From contig CM082584.2 in the NCBI GenBank assembly GCA_040954595.2, positions 3,350,010 to 3,414,009 of the forward strand: a stretch of 64,000 nucleotides of DNA, written 5' to 3'. The DNA comes from Balanoglossus misakiensis. Its lineage: Eukaryota > Animalia > Hemichordata. The notes beneath the pieces were generated by a model that did no database searches, was not told the origin of the DNA, and saw only the letters and a list, made by a program, of their open reading frames with translations. Below, one piece after another: positions 50,701 to 64,000 of this stretch (position 1 is its first letter; each line of letters starts with the position of its first letter). The position numbers and the translations under genes were made by a program.

Positions 50701-53700
50701 ACAGGCGACAGTCAGGCTTCACTTACAAAAAGTGGAAAATATAATAGCTACATTGGTAGGCTGAAAGCTTACTTCCTGAGACTGTTTGTGCCCATGACGG
50801 GTAAGACCGCTTATGAAGTGGTGACCTAAGACAGGCGACAGTCAGGCTTCACTTACAAAAAGTGGAAAATATAATAGCTACATTGGTAGGCTAAAAGCTT
50901 ACTTCCTGAGACTGTTTGTGCCCATGACGGGTAAGACCGCTTGTGAAGTGGTGACCTAAGACAGGCGACAGTCAGGCTTCACTTACAAAAAGTCGAAAAT
51001 ATAATAGCTACATTGGTAGGCTGAAAGCTTACTTCCTGAGACTGTTTGTGCCCATGACGGGTAAGACCGCTTGTGAAGTGGTGACCTAAGACAGGCGACA
51101 GTCAGGCTTCACTTACAAAAAGTGGAAAATATAATAGCTACATTGGTAGGCTGAAAGCTTACTTCCTGAGACTGTTTGTGCCCATGACGGGTAAGACCGC
51201 TTGTGAAGTGGTGACCTAAGACAGGCGACAGTCAGGCTTCACTTACAAAAAGTGGAAAATATAATAGCTACATTGGTAGGCTGAAAGCTTACTTCCTGAG
51301 ACTGTTTGTGCCAATGACGGGTAAGACCGCTTATGAAGTGGTGACCTAAGACAGGCGACAGTCAGGCTTCACTTACAAAAAGTGGAAAATATAATAGCTA
51401 CATTGGTAGGCTGAAAGCTTACTTCCTGAGACTGTTTGTGCCCATGACGGGTAAGACCGCTTATGAAGTGGTGACCTAAGACAGGCGACAGTCAGGCTTC
51501 ACTTACAAAAAGTGGAAAATATAATAGCTACATTGGTAGGCTGAAAGCTTACTTCCTGAGACTGTTTGTGCCCATGACGGGTAAGACCGCTTGTGAAGTG
51601 GTGACCTAAGACAGGCGACAGTCAGGCTTCACTTACAAAAAGTGGAAAATATAATAGCTACATTGGTAGGCTGAAAGCTTACTTCCTGAGACTGTTTGTG
51701 CCCATGACGGGTAAGACCGCTTGTGAAGTGGTGACCTAAGACAGGCGACAGTCAGGCTTCACTTACAAAAAGTGGAAAATATAATAGCTGCATTGGTAGG
51801 CTGAAAGCTTACTTCCTGAGACTGTTTGTGCCCATGACGGGTAAGACCGCTTATGAAGTGGTGACCTAAGACAGGCGACAGTCAGGCTTCACTTACAAAA
51901 AGTGGAAAATATAATAGCTACATTGGTAGGCTGAAAGCTTACTTCCTGAGACTGTTTGTGCCCATGACGGGTAAGACCGCTTGTGAAGTGGTGACCTAAG
52001 ACAGGCGACAGTCAGGCTTCACTTACAAAAAGTGGAAAATATAATAGCTACATTGGTAGGCTGAAAGCTTACTTCCTGAGACTGTTTGTGCCCATGACGG
52101 GTAAGACCGCTTATGAAGTGGTGACCTAAGACAGGCGACAGTCAGGCTTCACTTACAAAAAGTGGAAAATATAATAGCTACATTGGTAGGCTAAAAGCTT
52201 ACTTCCTGAGACTGTTTGTGCCCATGACGGGTAAGACCGCTTGTGAAGTTGTGACCTAAGACAGGCGACAGTCAGGCTTCACTTACAAAAAGTGGAAAAT
52301 ATAATAGCTACATTGGTAGGCTGAAAGCTTACTTCCTGAGACTGTTTGTGCCCATGACGGGTAAGACCGCTTGTGAAGTGGTGACCTAAGACAGGCGACA
52401 GTCAGGCTTCACTTACAAAAAGTGGAAAATATAATAGCTACATTGGTAGGCTGAAAGCTTACTTCCTGAGACTGTTTGTGCCCATGACGGGTAAGACCGC
52501 TTATGAAGTGGTGACCTAAGACAGGCGACAGTCAGGCTTCACTTACAAAAAGTGGAAAATATAATAGCTACATTGGTAGGCTAAAAGCTTACTTCCTGAG
52601 ACTGTTTGTGCCCATGACGGGTAAGACCGCTTGTGAAGTGGTGACCTAAGACAGGCGACAGTCAGGCTTCACTTACAAAAAGTGGAAAATATAATAGCTA
52701 CATTGGTAGGCTGAAAGCTTACTTCCTGAGACTGTTTGTGCCCATGACGGGTAAGACCGCTTGTGAAGTGGTGACCTAAGACAGGCGACAGTCAGGCTTC
52801 ACTTACAAAAAGTGGAAAATATAATAGCTACATTGGTAGGCTAAAAGCTTACTTCCTGAGACTGTTTGTGCCCATGACGGTACATTGGTAGGCTGAAAGC
52901 TTACTTCCTGAGACTGTTTGTGCCCATGACGGGTAAGACCGCTTGTGAAGTGGTGACCTAAGACAGGCGACAGTCAGGCTTCACTTACAAAAAGTGGAAA
53001 ATATAATAGCTACATTGGTAGGCTGAAAGCTTACTTCCTGAGACTGTTTGTGCCCATGACAGGTAAGACCGCTTATGAAGTGGTTACCTAAGACAGGCGA
53101 CAGTCAGGCTTCACTTACAAAAAGTGGAAAATATAATAGCTACATTGGTAGGCTAAAAGCTTACTTCCTGAGACTGTTTGTGCCCATGACGGGTAAGACC
53201 ACTTGTGAAGTGGTGACCTAAGACAGGCGACAGTCAGGCTTCACTTACAAAAAGTGGAAAATATAATAGCTACATTGGTAGGCTGAAAGCTTACTTCCTG
53301 AGACTGTTTGTGCCCATGACGGGTAAGACCGCTTGTGAAGTGATGACCTAAGACAGGCGACAGTCAGGCTTCACTTACAAAAAGTGGAAAATATAATAGC
53401 TACATTGGTAGGCTGAAAGCTTACTTCCTGAGACTGTTTGTGCCCATGACGGGTAAGACCGCTTGTGAAGTGGTGACCTAAGACAGGCGACAGTCAGGCT
53501 TCACTTACAAAAAGTGGGAAATATAATAGCTACATTGGTAGGCTGAAAGCTTACTTCCTGAGACTGTTTGTGCCCATGACGGGTAAGACCGCTTGTGAAG
53601 TGGTGACCTAAGACAGGCGACAGTCAGGCTTCACTTACAAAAAGTGGAAAATATAATAGCTACATTGGTAGGCTAAAAGCTTACTTCCTGAGACTGTTTG

Positions 53701-56700
53701 TGCCCATGACGGGTAAGACCGCTTGTGAAGTGGTGACCTAAGACAGGCGACAGTCAGGCTTCACTTACAAAAAGTGGAAAATATAATAGCTACATTGGTA
53801 GGCTGAAAGCTTACTTCCTGAGACTGTTTGTGCCCATGACGGGTAAGACCGCTTGTGAAGTGGTGACCTAAGACAGGCGACAGTCAGGCTTCACTTACAA
53901 AAAGTGGGAAAATATAATAGCTACATTGGTAGGCTGAAAGCTTACTTCCTGAGACTGTTTGTGCCCATGACGGGTAAGACCGCTTGTGAAGTGGTGACCT
54001 AAGACAGGCGACAGTCAGGCTTCACTTACAAAAAGTGGAAAATATAATAGCTACATTGGTAGGCTGAAAGCTTACTTCCTGAGACTGTTTGTGCCCATGA
54101 CGGGTAAGACCGCTTGTGAAGTGGTGACCTAAGACAGGCGACAGTCAGGCTTCACTTACAAAAAGTGGAAAATATAATAGCTACATTGGTAGGCTGAAAG
54201 CTTACTTCCTGAGACTGTTTGTGCCCATGACGGGTAAGACCGCTTGTGAAGTGGTGACCTAAGACAGGCGACAGTCAGGCTTCACTTACAAAAAGTGGAA
54301 AATATAATAGCTACATTGGTAGGCTGAAAGCTTACTTCCTGAGACTGTTTGTGCCCATGACGGGTAAGACCGCTTGTGAAGTGGTGACCTAAGACAGGCG
54401 ACAGTCAGGCTTCACTTACAAAAAGTGGAAAATATAATAGCTACATTGGTAGGCTGAAAGCTTACTTCCTGAGACTGTTTGTGCCCATGACGGGTAAGAC
54501 CGCTTATGAAGTGGTGACCTAAGACAGGCGACAGTCAGGCTTCACTTACAAAAAGTGGAAAATATAATAGCTACATTGGTAGGCTGAAAGCTTACTTCCT
54601 GAGACTGTTTGTGCCCATGACGGGTAAGACCGCTTATGAAGTGGTGACCTAAGACAGGCGACAGTCAGGCTTCACTTACAAAAAGTGGAAAATATAATAG
54701 CTACATTGGTAGGCTGAAAGCTTACTTCCTGAGACTGTTTGTGCCCATGACGGGTAAGACCGCTTGTGAAGTGGTGACCTAAGACAGGCGACAGTCAGGC
54801 TTCACTTACAAAAAGTGGAAAATATAATAGCTACATTGGTAGGCTGAAAGCTTACTTCCTGAGACTGTTTGTGCCCATGACGGGTAAGACCGCTTGTGAA
54901 GTGGTGACCTAAGACAGGCGACAGTCAGGCTTCACTTACAAAAAGTGGAAAATATAATAGCTGCATTGGTAGGCTGAAAGCTTACTTCCTGAGACTGTTT
55001 GTGCCCATGACGGGTAAGACCGCTTATGAAGTGGTGACCTAAGACAGGCGACAGTCAGGCTTCACTTACAAAAAGTGGAAAATATAATAGCTACATTGGT
55101 AGGCTGAAAGCTTACTTCCTGAGACTGTTTGTGCCCATGACGGGTAAGACCGCTTGTGAAGTGGTGACCTAAGACAGGCGACAGTCAGGCTTCACTTACA
55201 AAAAGTGGAAAATATAATAGCTACATTGGTAGGCTGAAAGCTTACTTCCTGAGACTGTTTGTGCCCATGACGGGTAAGACCGCTTATGAAGTGGTGACCT
55301 AAGACAGGCGACAGTCAGGCTTCACTTACAAAAAGTGGAAAATATAATAGCTACATTGGTAGGCTAAAAGCTTACTTCCTGAGACTGTTTGTGCCCATGA
55401 CGGGTAAGACCGCTTGTGAAGTTGTGACCTAAGACAGGCGACAGTCAGGCTTCACTTACAAAAAGTGGAAAATATAATAGCTACATTGGTAGGCTGAAAG
55501 CTTACTTCCTGAGACTGTTTGTGCCCATGACGGGTAAGACCGCTTGTGAAGTGGTGACCTAAGACAGGCGACAGTCAGGCTTCACTTACAAAAAGTGGAA
55601 AATATAATAGCTACATTGGTAGGCTGAAAGCTTACTTCCTGAGACTGTTTGTGCCCATGACGGGTAAGACCGCTTATGAAGTGGTGACCTAAGACAGGCG
55701 ACAGTCAGGCTTCACTTACAAAAAGTGGAAAATATAATAGCTACATTGGTAGGCTAAAAGCTTACTTCCTGAGACTGTTTGTGCCCATGACGGGTAAGAC
55801 CGCTTGTGAAGTGGTGACCTAAGACAGGCGACAGTCAGGCTTCACTTACAAAAAGTGGAAAATATAATAGCTACATTGGTAGGCTGAAAGCTTACTTCCT
55901 GAGACTGTTTGTGCCCATGACGGGTAAGACCGCTTGTGAAGTGGTGACCTAAGACAGGCGACAGTCAGGCTTCACTTACAAAAAGTGGAAAATATAATAG
56001 CTACATTGGTAGGCTAAAAGCTTACTTCCTGAGACTGTTTGTGCCCATGACGGTACATTGGTAGGCTGAAAGCTTACTTCCTGAGACTGTTTGTGCCCAT
56101 GACGGGTAAGACCGCTTGTGAAGTGGTGACCTAAGACAGGCGACAGTCAGGCTTCACTTACAAAAAGTGGAAAATATAATAGCTACATTGGTAGGCTGAA
56201 AGCTTACTTCCTGAGACTGTTTGTGCCCATGACAGGTAAGACCGCTTATGAAGTGGTTACCTAAGACAGGCGACAGTCAGGCTTCACTTACAAAAAGTGG
56301 AAAATATAATAGCTACATTGGTAGGCTAAAAGCTTACTTCCTGAGACTGTTTGTGCCCATGACGGGTAAGACCACTTGTGAAGTGGTGACCTAAGACAGG
56401 CGACAGTCAGGCTTCACTTACAAAAAGTGGAAAATATAATAGCTACATTGGTAGGCTGAAAGCTTACTTCCTGAGACTGTTTGTGCCCATGACGGGTAAG
56501 ACCGCTTGTGAAGTGATGACCTAAGACAGGCGACAGTCAGGCTTCACTTACAAAAAGTGGAAAATATAATAGCTACATTGGTAGGCTGAAAGCTTACTTC
56601 CTGAGACTGTTTGTGCCCATGACGGGTAAGACCGCTTGTGAAGTGGTGACCTAAGACAGGCGACAGTCAGGCTTCACTTACAAAAAGTGGGAAATATAAT

Positions 56701-59700
56701 AGCTACATTGGTAGGCTGAAAGCTTACTTCTGAGACTGTTTGTGCCCATGACGGGTAAGACCGCTTGTGAAGTGGTGACCTAAGACAGGCGACAGTCAGG
56801 CTTCACTTACAAAAAGTGGAAAATATAATAGCTACATTGGTAGGCTAAAAGCTTACTTCCTGAGACTGTTTGTGCCCATGACGGGTAAGACCGCTTGTGA
56901 AGTGGTGACCTAAGACAGGCGACAGTCAGGCTTCACTTACAAAAAGTGGAAAATATAATAGCTACATTGGTAGGCTGAAAGCTTACTTCCTGAGACTGTT
57001 TGTGCCCATGACGGGTAAGACCGCTTGTGAAGTGGTGACCTAAGACAGGCGACAGTCAGGCTTCACTTACAAAAAGTGGAAAATATAATAGCTACATTGG
57101 TAGGCTGAAAGCTTACTTCCTGAGACTGTTTGTGCCCATGACGGGTAAGACCGCTTGTGAAGTGGTGACCTAAGACAGGCGACAGTCAGGCTTCACTTAC
57201 AAAAAGTGGAAAATATAATAGCTACATTGGTAGGCTGAAAGCTTACTTCCTGAGACTGTTTGTGCCCATGACGGGTAAGACCGCTTCTAAAGTGGTGACC
57301 TAAGACAGGCGACAGTCAGGCTTCACTTACAAAAAGTGGAAAATATAATAGCTACATTGGTAGGCTGAAAGCTTACTTCCTGAGACTGTTTGTGCCCATG
57401 ACGGGTAAGACCGCTTATGAAGTGGTGACCTAAGACAGGCGACAGTCAGGCTTCACTTACAAAAAGTGGAAAATATAATAGCTACATTGGTAGGCTAAAA
57501 GCTTACTTCCTGAGACTGTTTGTGCCCATGACGGGTAAGACCGCTTGTGAAGTGGTGACCTAAGACAGGCGACAGTCAGGCTTCACTTACAAAAAGTGGA
57601 AAATATAATAGCTACATTGGTAGGCTGAAAGCTTACTTCCTGAGACTGTTTGTGCCCATGACGGGTAAGACCGCTTGTGAAGTGGTGACCTAAGACAGGC
57701 GACAGTCAGGCTTCACTTACAAAAAGTGGAAAATATAATAGCTACATTGGTAGGCTGAAAGCTTACTTCCTGAGACTGTTTGTGCCCATGACGGTACATT
57801 GGTAGGCTGAAAGCTTACTTCCTGAGACTGTTTGTGCCCATGACGGGTAAGACCGCTTGTGAAGTGGTGACCTAAGACAGGCGACAGTCAGGCTTCACTT
57901 ACAAAAAGTGGAAAATATAATAGCTACATTGGTAGGCTGAAAGCTTACTTCCTGAGACTGTTTGTGCCCATGACGGGTAAGACCGCTTGTGAAGTGGTGA
58001 CCTAAGACAGGCGACAGTCAGGCTTCACTTACAAAAAGTGGAAAATATAATAGCTACATTGGTAGGCTGAAAGCTTACTTCCTGAGACTGTTTGTGCCCA
58101 TGACGGGTAAGACCGCTTGTGAAGTGGTGACCTAAGACAGGCGACAGTCAGGCTTCACTTACAAAAAGTGGAAAATATAATAGCTACATTGGTAGGCTGA
58201 AAGCTTACTTCCTGAGACTGTTTGTGCCCATGACGGGTAAGACCGCTTGTGAAGTGGTGACCTAAGACAGGCGACAGTCAGGCTTCACTTACAAAAAGTG
58301 GAAAATATAATAGCTACATTGGTAGGCTGAAAGCTTACTTCCTGAGACTGTTTGTGCCCATGACGGGTAAGACCGCTTGTGAAGTGGTGACCTAAGACAG
58401 GCGACAGTCAGGCTTCACTTACAAAAAGTGGAAAATATAATAGCTACATTGGTAGGCTGAAAGCTTACTTCCTGAGACTGTTTGTGCCCATGACGGGTAA
58501 GACCGCTTATGAAGTGGTGACCTAAGACAGGCGACAGTCAGGCTTCACTTACAAAAAGTGGGAAATATAATAGCTACATTGGTAGGCTGAAAGCTTACTT
58601 CCTGAGACTGTTTGTGCCCATGACGGGTAAGACCGCTTGTGAAGTGGTGACCTAAGACAGGCGACAGTCAGGCTTCACTTACAAAAAGTGGAAAATATAA
58701 TAGCTACATTGGTAGGCTAAAAGCTTACTTCCTGAGACTGTTTGTGCCCATGACGGGTAAGACCGCTTGTGAAGTGGTGACCTAAGACAGGCGACAGTCA
58801 GGCTTCACTTACAAAAAGTGGAAAATATAATAGCTACATTGGTAGGCTGAAAGCTTATTTCCTCAGACTGTTTGTGCCCATGACGGGTAAGACCGCTTGT
58901 GAAGTGGTGACCTAAGACAGGCGACAGTCAGGCTTCACTTACAAAAAGTGGAAAATATAATAGCTACATTGGTAGGCTGAAAGCTTACTTCCTGAGACTG
59001 TTTGTGCCCATGACGGGTAAGACCGCTTATGAAGTGGTGACCTAAGACAGGCGACAGTCAGGCTTCACTTACAAAAAGTGGAAAATATAATAGCTACATT
59101 GGTAGGCTGAAAGCTTACTTCCTGAGACTGTTTGTGCCCATGACGGGTAAGACCAGCTTGTGAAGTGGTGACCTAAGACAGGCGACAGTCAGGCTTCACT
59201 TACAAAAAGTGGAAAATATAATAGCTACATTGGTAGGCTGAAAGCTTACTTCCTGAGTCTGTTTGTGCCCATGACGGGTAAGACCGCTTGTGAAGTGGTG
59301 ACCTAAGACAGGCGACAGTCAGGCTTCACTTACAAAAAGTGGAAAATATAATAGCTACATTGGTAGGCTGAAAGCTTACTTCCTGAGACTGTTTGTGCCC
59401 ATGACGGGTAAGACCACTTGTGAAGTGGTGACCTAAGACAGGCGACAGTCAGGCTTCACTTACCAAAAAGTGGAAAATATAATAGCTACATTGGTAGGCT
59501 GAAAGCTTACTTCCTGAGACTGTTTGTGCCCATGACGGGTAAGACCGCTTGTGAAGTGGTGACCTAAGACAGGCGACAGTCAGGCTTCACTTACAAAAAG
59601 TGGAAAATATAATAGCTACATTGGTAGGCTGAAAGCTTACTTCCTGAGACTGTTTGTGCCCATGACGGGTAAGACCGCTTGTTGAAGTGGTGACCTAAGA

Positions 59701-62700
59701 CAGGCGACAGTCAGGCTTCACTTACAAAAAGTGGAAAATATAATAGCTACATTGGTAGGCTAAAAGCTTACTTCCTGAGACTGTTGTGCCCATGACGGGT
59801 AAGACCGCTTGTGAAGTGGTGACCTAAGACAGGCGACAGTCAGGCTTCACTTACAAAAAGTGGGAAAATATAATAGCTACATTGGTAGGCTGAAAGCTTA
59901 CTTCCTGAGACTGTTTGTGCCCATGACGGGTAAGACCGCTTGTGAAGTGGTGACCTAAGACAGGCGACAGTCAGGCTTCACTTACAAAAAGTGATCTCAA
60001 ATATAATAGCTACATTGGTAGGCTAAAAGCTTACTTCCTGAGACTGTTTGTGCCCATGACGGGTAAGACACTTGTGAAGTGGTGACTAAGACAGGCGACA
60101 GTCAGGCTTCACTTACAAAAAGTGGAAAATATAATAGCTACATTGGTAGGCTGAAAGCTTACCTTCCTGAGTCTGTTTGTGCCCATGACGGGTAAGACCG
60201 CTTGTGAAGTGGTGACCTAAGACAGGCGACAGTCAGGCTTCACTTACAAAAAGTGGAAATATAATAGCTACATTGGTAGGCTGAAAGCTTACTTCCTGAG
60301 ACTGTTTGTGCCCATGACGGGTAAGACCGCTTGTGAAGTGGTGACCTAAGACAGGCGACAGTCAGGCTTCACTTACAAAAGTGGAAATATAATAGCTACA
60401 TTGGTAGGCTGAAAGCTTACTTCCTGAGACTGTTTGTACCGGCGACAGTCAGGCTTCACTTACAAAAAGTGGGAAATATAATAGCTACATGGTAGGCTGA
60501 AAGCTTACATCCTGAGACTGTTTGTGCCCATGACGGGTAAGACCGCTTGTGAAGTGGTGACCTAAGACAGGCGACCCCAGTCAGGCTTCACTTACAAAAA
60601 GTGGACCTAAGACAGGCGACAGTCAGGCTTCACTTACAAAAAGTGGAAAATATAATAGCTACATTGGTAGGCTGAAAGCTTACTTCCGGAGACTGTTTGT
60701 GCCCATGACGGGTAAGACCACTAGTGAAGTGGTGACCTAAGACAGGCGACAGTCAGGCTTCACTTACAAAAAGTGGAAAATATAATAGCTACATTGGTAG
60801 GCTAAAAGCTTACTTCCTGAGACTGTTTGTGCCCATGACAGGTAAGACCGCTTATGAAGTGGTTACCTAAGACAGGCGACAGTCAGGCTTCACTTACAAA
60901 AAGTGGAAAATATAATAGCTACATTGGTAGGCTAAAAGCTTACTTCCTGAGACTGTTTGTGCCCATGACGGGTAAGACCACTTGTGAAGTGGTGACCTAA
61001 GACAGGCGACAGTCAGGCTTCACTTACAAAAAGTGGAAAATATAATAGCTACATTGGTAGGCTGAAAGCTTACTTCCTGAGACTGTTTGTGCCCATGACG
61101 GGTAAGACCGCTTGTGAAGTGGTGACCTAAGACAGGCGACAGTCAGGCTTCACTTACAAAAAGTGGAAAATATAATAGCTACATTGGTAGGCTGAAAGCT
61201 TACTTCCTGAGACTGTTTGTGCCCATGACGGGTAAGACCGCTTGTGAAGTGGTGACCTAAGACAGGCGACAGTCAGGCTTCACTTACAAAAAGTGGGAAA
61301 TATAATAGCTACATTGGTAGGCTGAAAGCTTACTTCCTGAGACTGTTTGTGCCCATGACGGGTAAGACCGCTTGTGAAGTGGTGACCTAAGACAGGCGAC
61401 AGTCAGGCTTCACTTACAAAAAGTGGAAAATATAATAGCTACATTGGTAGGCTAAAAGCTTACTTCCTGAGACTGTTTGTGCCCATGACGGGTAAGACCG
61501 CTTGTGAAGTGGTGACCTAAGACAGGCGACAGTCAGGCTTCACTTACAAAAAGTGGAAAATATAATAGCTACATTGGTAGGCTGAAAGCTTACTTCCTGA
61601 GACTGTTTGTGCCCATGACGGGTAAGACCGCTTGTGAAGTGGTGACCGACAGTCAGGCTTCACTTACAAAAAGTGGAAAATATAATAGCTACATTGGTAG
61701 GCTGAAAGCTTACTTCCTGAGACTGTTTGTGCCCATGACGGGTAAGACCGCTTGTGAAGTGGTGACCTAAGACAGGCGACAGTCAGGCTTCACTTACAAA
61801 AAGTGGAAAATATAATAGCTACATTGGTAGGCTGAAAGCTTACTTCCTGAGACTGTTTGTGCCCATGACGGGTAAGACCGCTTATAAAGTGGTGACCTAA
61901 GACAGGCGACAGTCAGGCTTCACTTACAAAAAGTGGAAAATATAATAGCTACATTGGTAGGCTGAAAGCTTACTTCCTGAGACTGTTTGTGCCCATGACG
62001 GGTAAGACCGCTTGTGAAGTGGTGACCTAAGACAGGCGACAGTCAGGCTTCACTTACAAAAAGTGGAAAATATAATAGCTACATTGGTAGGCTGAAAGCT
62101 TACTTCCTGAGACTGTTTGTGCCCATGACGGGTAAGACCGCTTGTGAAGTGGTGACCTAAGACAGGCGACAGTCAGGCTTCACTTACAAAAAGTGGAAAA
62201 TATAATAGCTACATTGGTAGGCTGAAAGCTTACTTCCTCAGACTGTTTGTGCCCATGACGGGTAAGACCGCTTGTGAAGTGGTGACCTAAGACAGGCGAC
62301 AGTCAGGCTTCACTTACAAAAAGTGGAAAATATAATAGCTACATTGGTAGGCTGAAAGCTTACTTCCTGAGACTGTTTGTGCCCATGACGGGTAAGACCG
62401 CTTATGAAGTGGTGACCTAAGACAGGCGACAGTCAGGCTTCACTTACAAAAAGTGGAAAATATAATAGCTACATTGGTAGGCTAAAAGCTTACTTCCTGA
62501 GACTGTTTGTGCCCATGACGGGTAAGACCACTTGTGAAGTGGTGACCTAAGACAGGCGACAGTCAGGCTTCACTTACAAAAAGTGGAAAATATAATAGCT
62601 ACATTGGTAGGCTGAAAGCTTACTTCCTGAGTCTGTTTGTGCCCATGACGGGTAAGACCGCTTGTGAAGTGGTGACCTAAGACAGGCGACAGTCAGGCTT

Positions 62701-64000
62701 CACTTACAAAAAGTGGAAAATATAATAGCTACATTGGTAGGCTAAAAGCTTACTTCCTGAGACTGTTTGTGCCCATGACGGGTAAGACCACTTGTGAAGT
62801 GGTGACCTAAGACAGGCGACAGTCAGGCTTCACTTACAAAAAGTGGAAAATATAATAGCTACATTGGTAGGCTGAAAGCTTACTTCCTGAGTCTGTTTGT
62901 GCCCATGACGGGTAAGACCGCTTGTGAAGTGGTGACCTAAGACAGGCGACAGTCAGGCTTCACTTACAAAAAGTGGAAAATATAATAGCTACATTGGTAG
63001 GCTGAAAGCTTACTTCCTGAGACTGTTTGTGCCCATGACGGGTAAGACCGCTTGTGAAGTGGTGACCTAAGACAGGCGACAGTCAGGCTTCACTTACAAA
63101 AAGTGGAAAATATAATAGCTACATTGGTAGGCTGAAAGCTTACTTCCTGAGACTGTTTGTACCCATGACGGGTAAGACCGCTTGTGAAGTGGTGACCTAA
63201 GACAGGCGACAGTCAGGCTTCACTTACAAAAAGTGGGAAATATAATAGCTACATTGGTAGGCTGAAAGCTTACTTCCTCAGACTGTTTGTGCCCATGACG
63301 GGTAAGACCGCTTGTGAAGTGGTGACCTAAGACAGGCGACAGTCAGGCTTCACTTACAAAAAGTGGAAAATATAATAGCTACATTGGTAGGCTGAAAGCT
63401 TACTTCCGGAGACTGTTTGTGCCCATGACGGGTAAGACCACTAGTGAAGTGGTGACCTAAGACAGGCGACAGTCAGGCTTCACTTACAAAAAGTGGAAAA
63501 TATAATAGCTACATTGGTAGGCTGAAAGCTTACTTCCTGAGACTGTTTGTGCCCATGACGGGTAAGACCGCCTATGAAGTGGTGACCTAAGACAGGCGAC
63601 AGTCAGGCTTCACTTACAAAAAGTGGAAAATATAATAGCTACATTGGTAGGCTGAAAGCTTACTTCCTGAGACTGTTTGTGCCCATGACGGGTAAGACCG
63701 CTTGTGAAGTGGTGACCTAAGACAGGCGACAGTCAGGCTTCACTTACAAAAAGTGGAAAATATAATAGCTACATTGGTAGGCTGAAAGCTTACTTCCTGA
63801 GACTGTTTGTGCCCATGACGGGTAAGACCGCTTATGAAGTGGTGACAAGACAGGCGACAGTCAGGCTTCACTTACAAAAAGTGGAAAATATAATAGCTAC
63901 ATTGGTAGGCTAAAAGCTTACTTCCTGAGACTGTTTGTGCCCATGACGGGTAAGACCGCTTGTGAAGTGGTGACCTAAGACAGGCGACAGTCAGGCTTCA
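47769..64000. repeat. 120-bp satellite DNA array, about 135 monomers, running off the window
   Basis: Monomer GGCTGAAAGCTTACTTCCTGAGACTGTTTGTGCCCATGACGGGTAAGACCGCTTGTGAAGTGGTGACCTAAGACAGGCGACAGTCAGGCTTCACTTACAAAAAGTGGAAAATATAATAGCTACATTGGTA with few variant sites. Confidence 0.98.

Noticed and set aside
59150-60620. Cluster of single-base indels and broken monomers in the satellite
   Set aside because: The pattern looks like low-coverage read error or a contig join rather than biology
47769-64000. 5S rRNA, SL RNA or hammerhead array suggested by the 120-bp unit
   Set aside because: No 5S sequence or internal promoter boxes, no spacer, no donor plus Sm site on the same strand that I trust, and no CUGANGA..GAAA core

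Overview
AT-rich, intron-containing animal genomic DNA, probably a marine invertebrate (inference only). From left to right: the 3' exons of a kinase-like gene (about 0.7-3.7 kb) and a deleted CR1-group LINE come first. A 28.6-kb block (7691-36249) follows, bounded by two direct copies of a non-autonomous MULE-like element that share one outer 9-bp duplication (GGCGGGGAG), which looks like a composite transposon. That block carries: (1) an intact 7-exon secreted LDLa + trypsin-fold pseudoprotease gene with all three catalytic residues replaced; (2) a possible CACTA-like element in its first intron; (3) a complete 9.6-kb IS3EU-type DNA transposon (TATGG..CCATA ends, GATCGC TSD, inverted 21-bp subterminal arrays) encoding a SAM-HTH-DDE transposase and a convergent spliced SAM / zinc-finger / shortened-HECT protein; and (4) a THAP gene split by a gag-only Gypsy-type LTR element whose Gag begins with a helix-hairpin-helix domain. 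To the right are a complex tandem repeat with 0.8-1.6-kb units and a LINE insertion (38-46 kb), then a homogeneous 120-bp satellite from about 47.77 kb to the window end, with a 3173-bp higher-order duplication. All calls come from manual reading; no searches were run.
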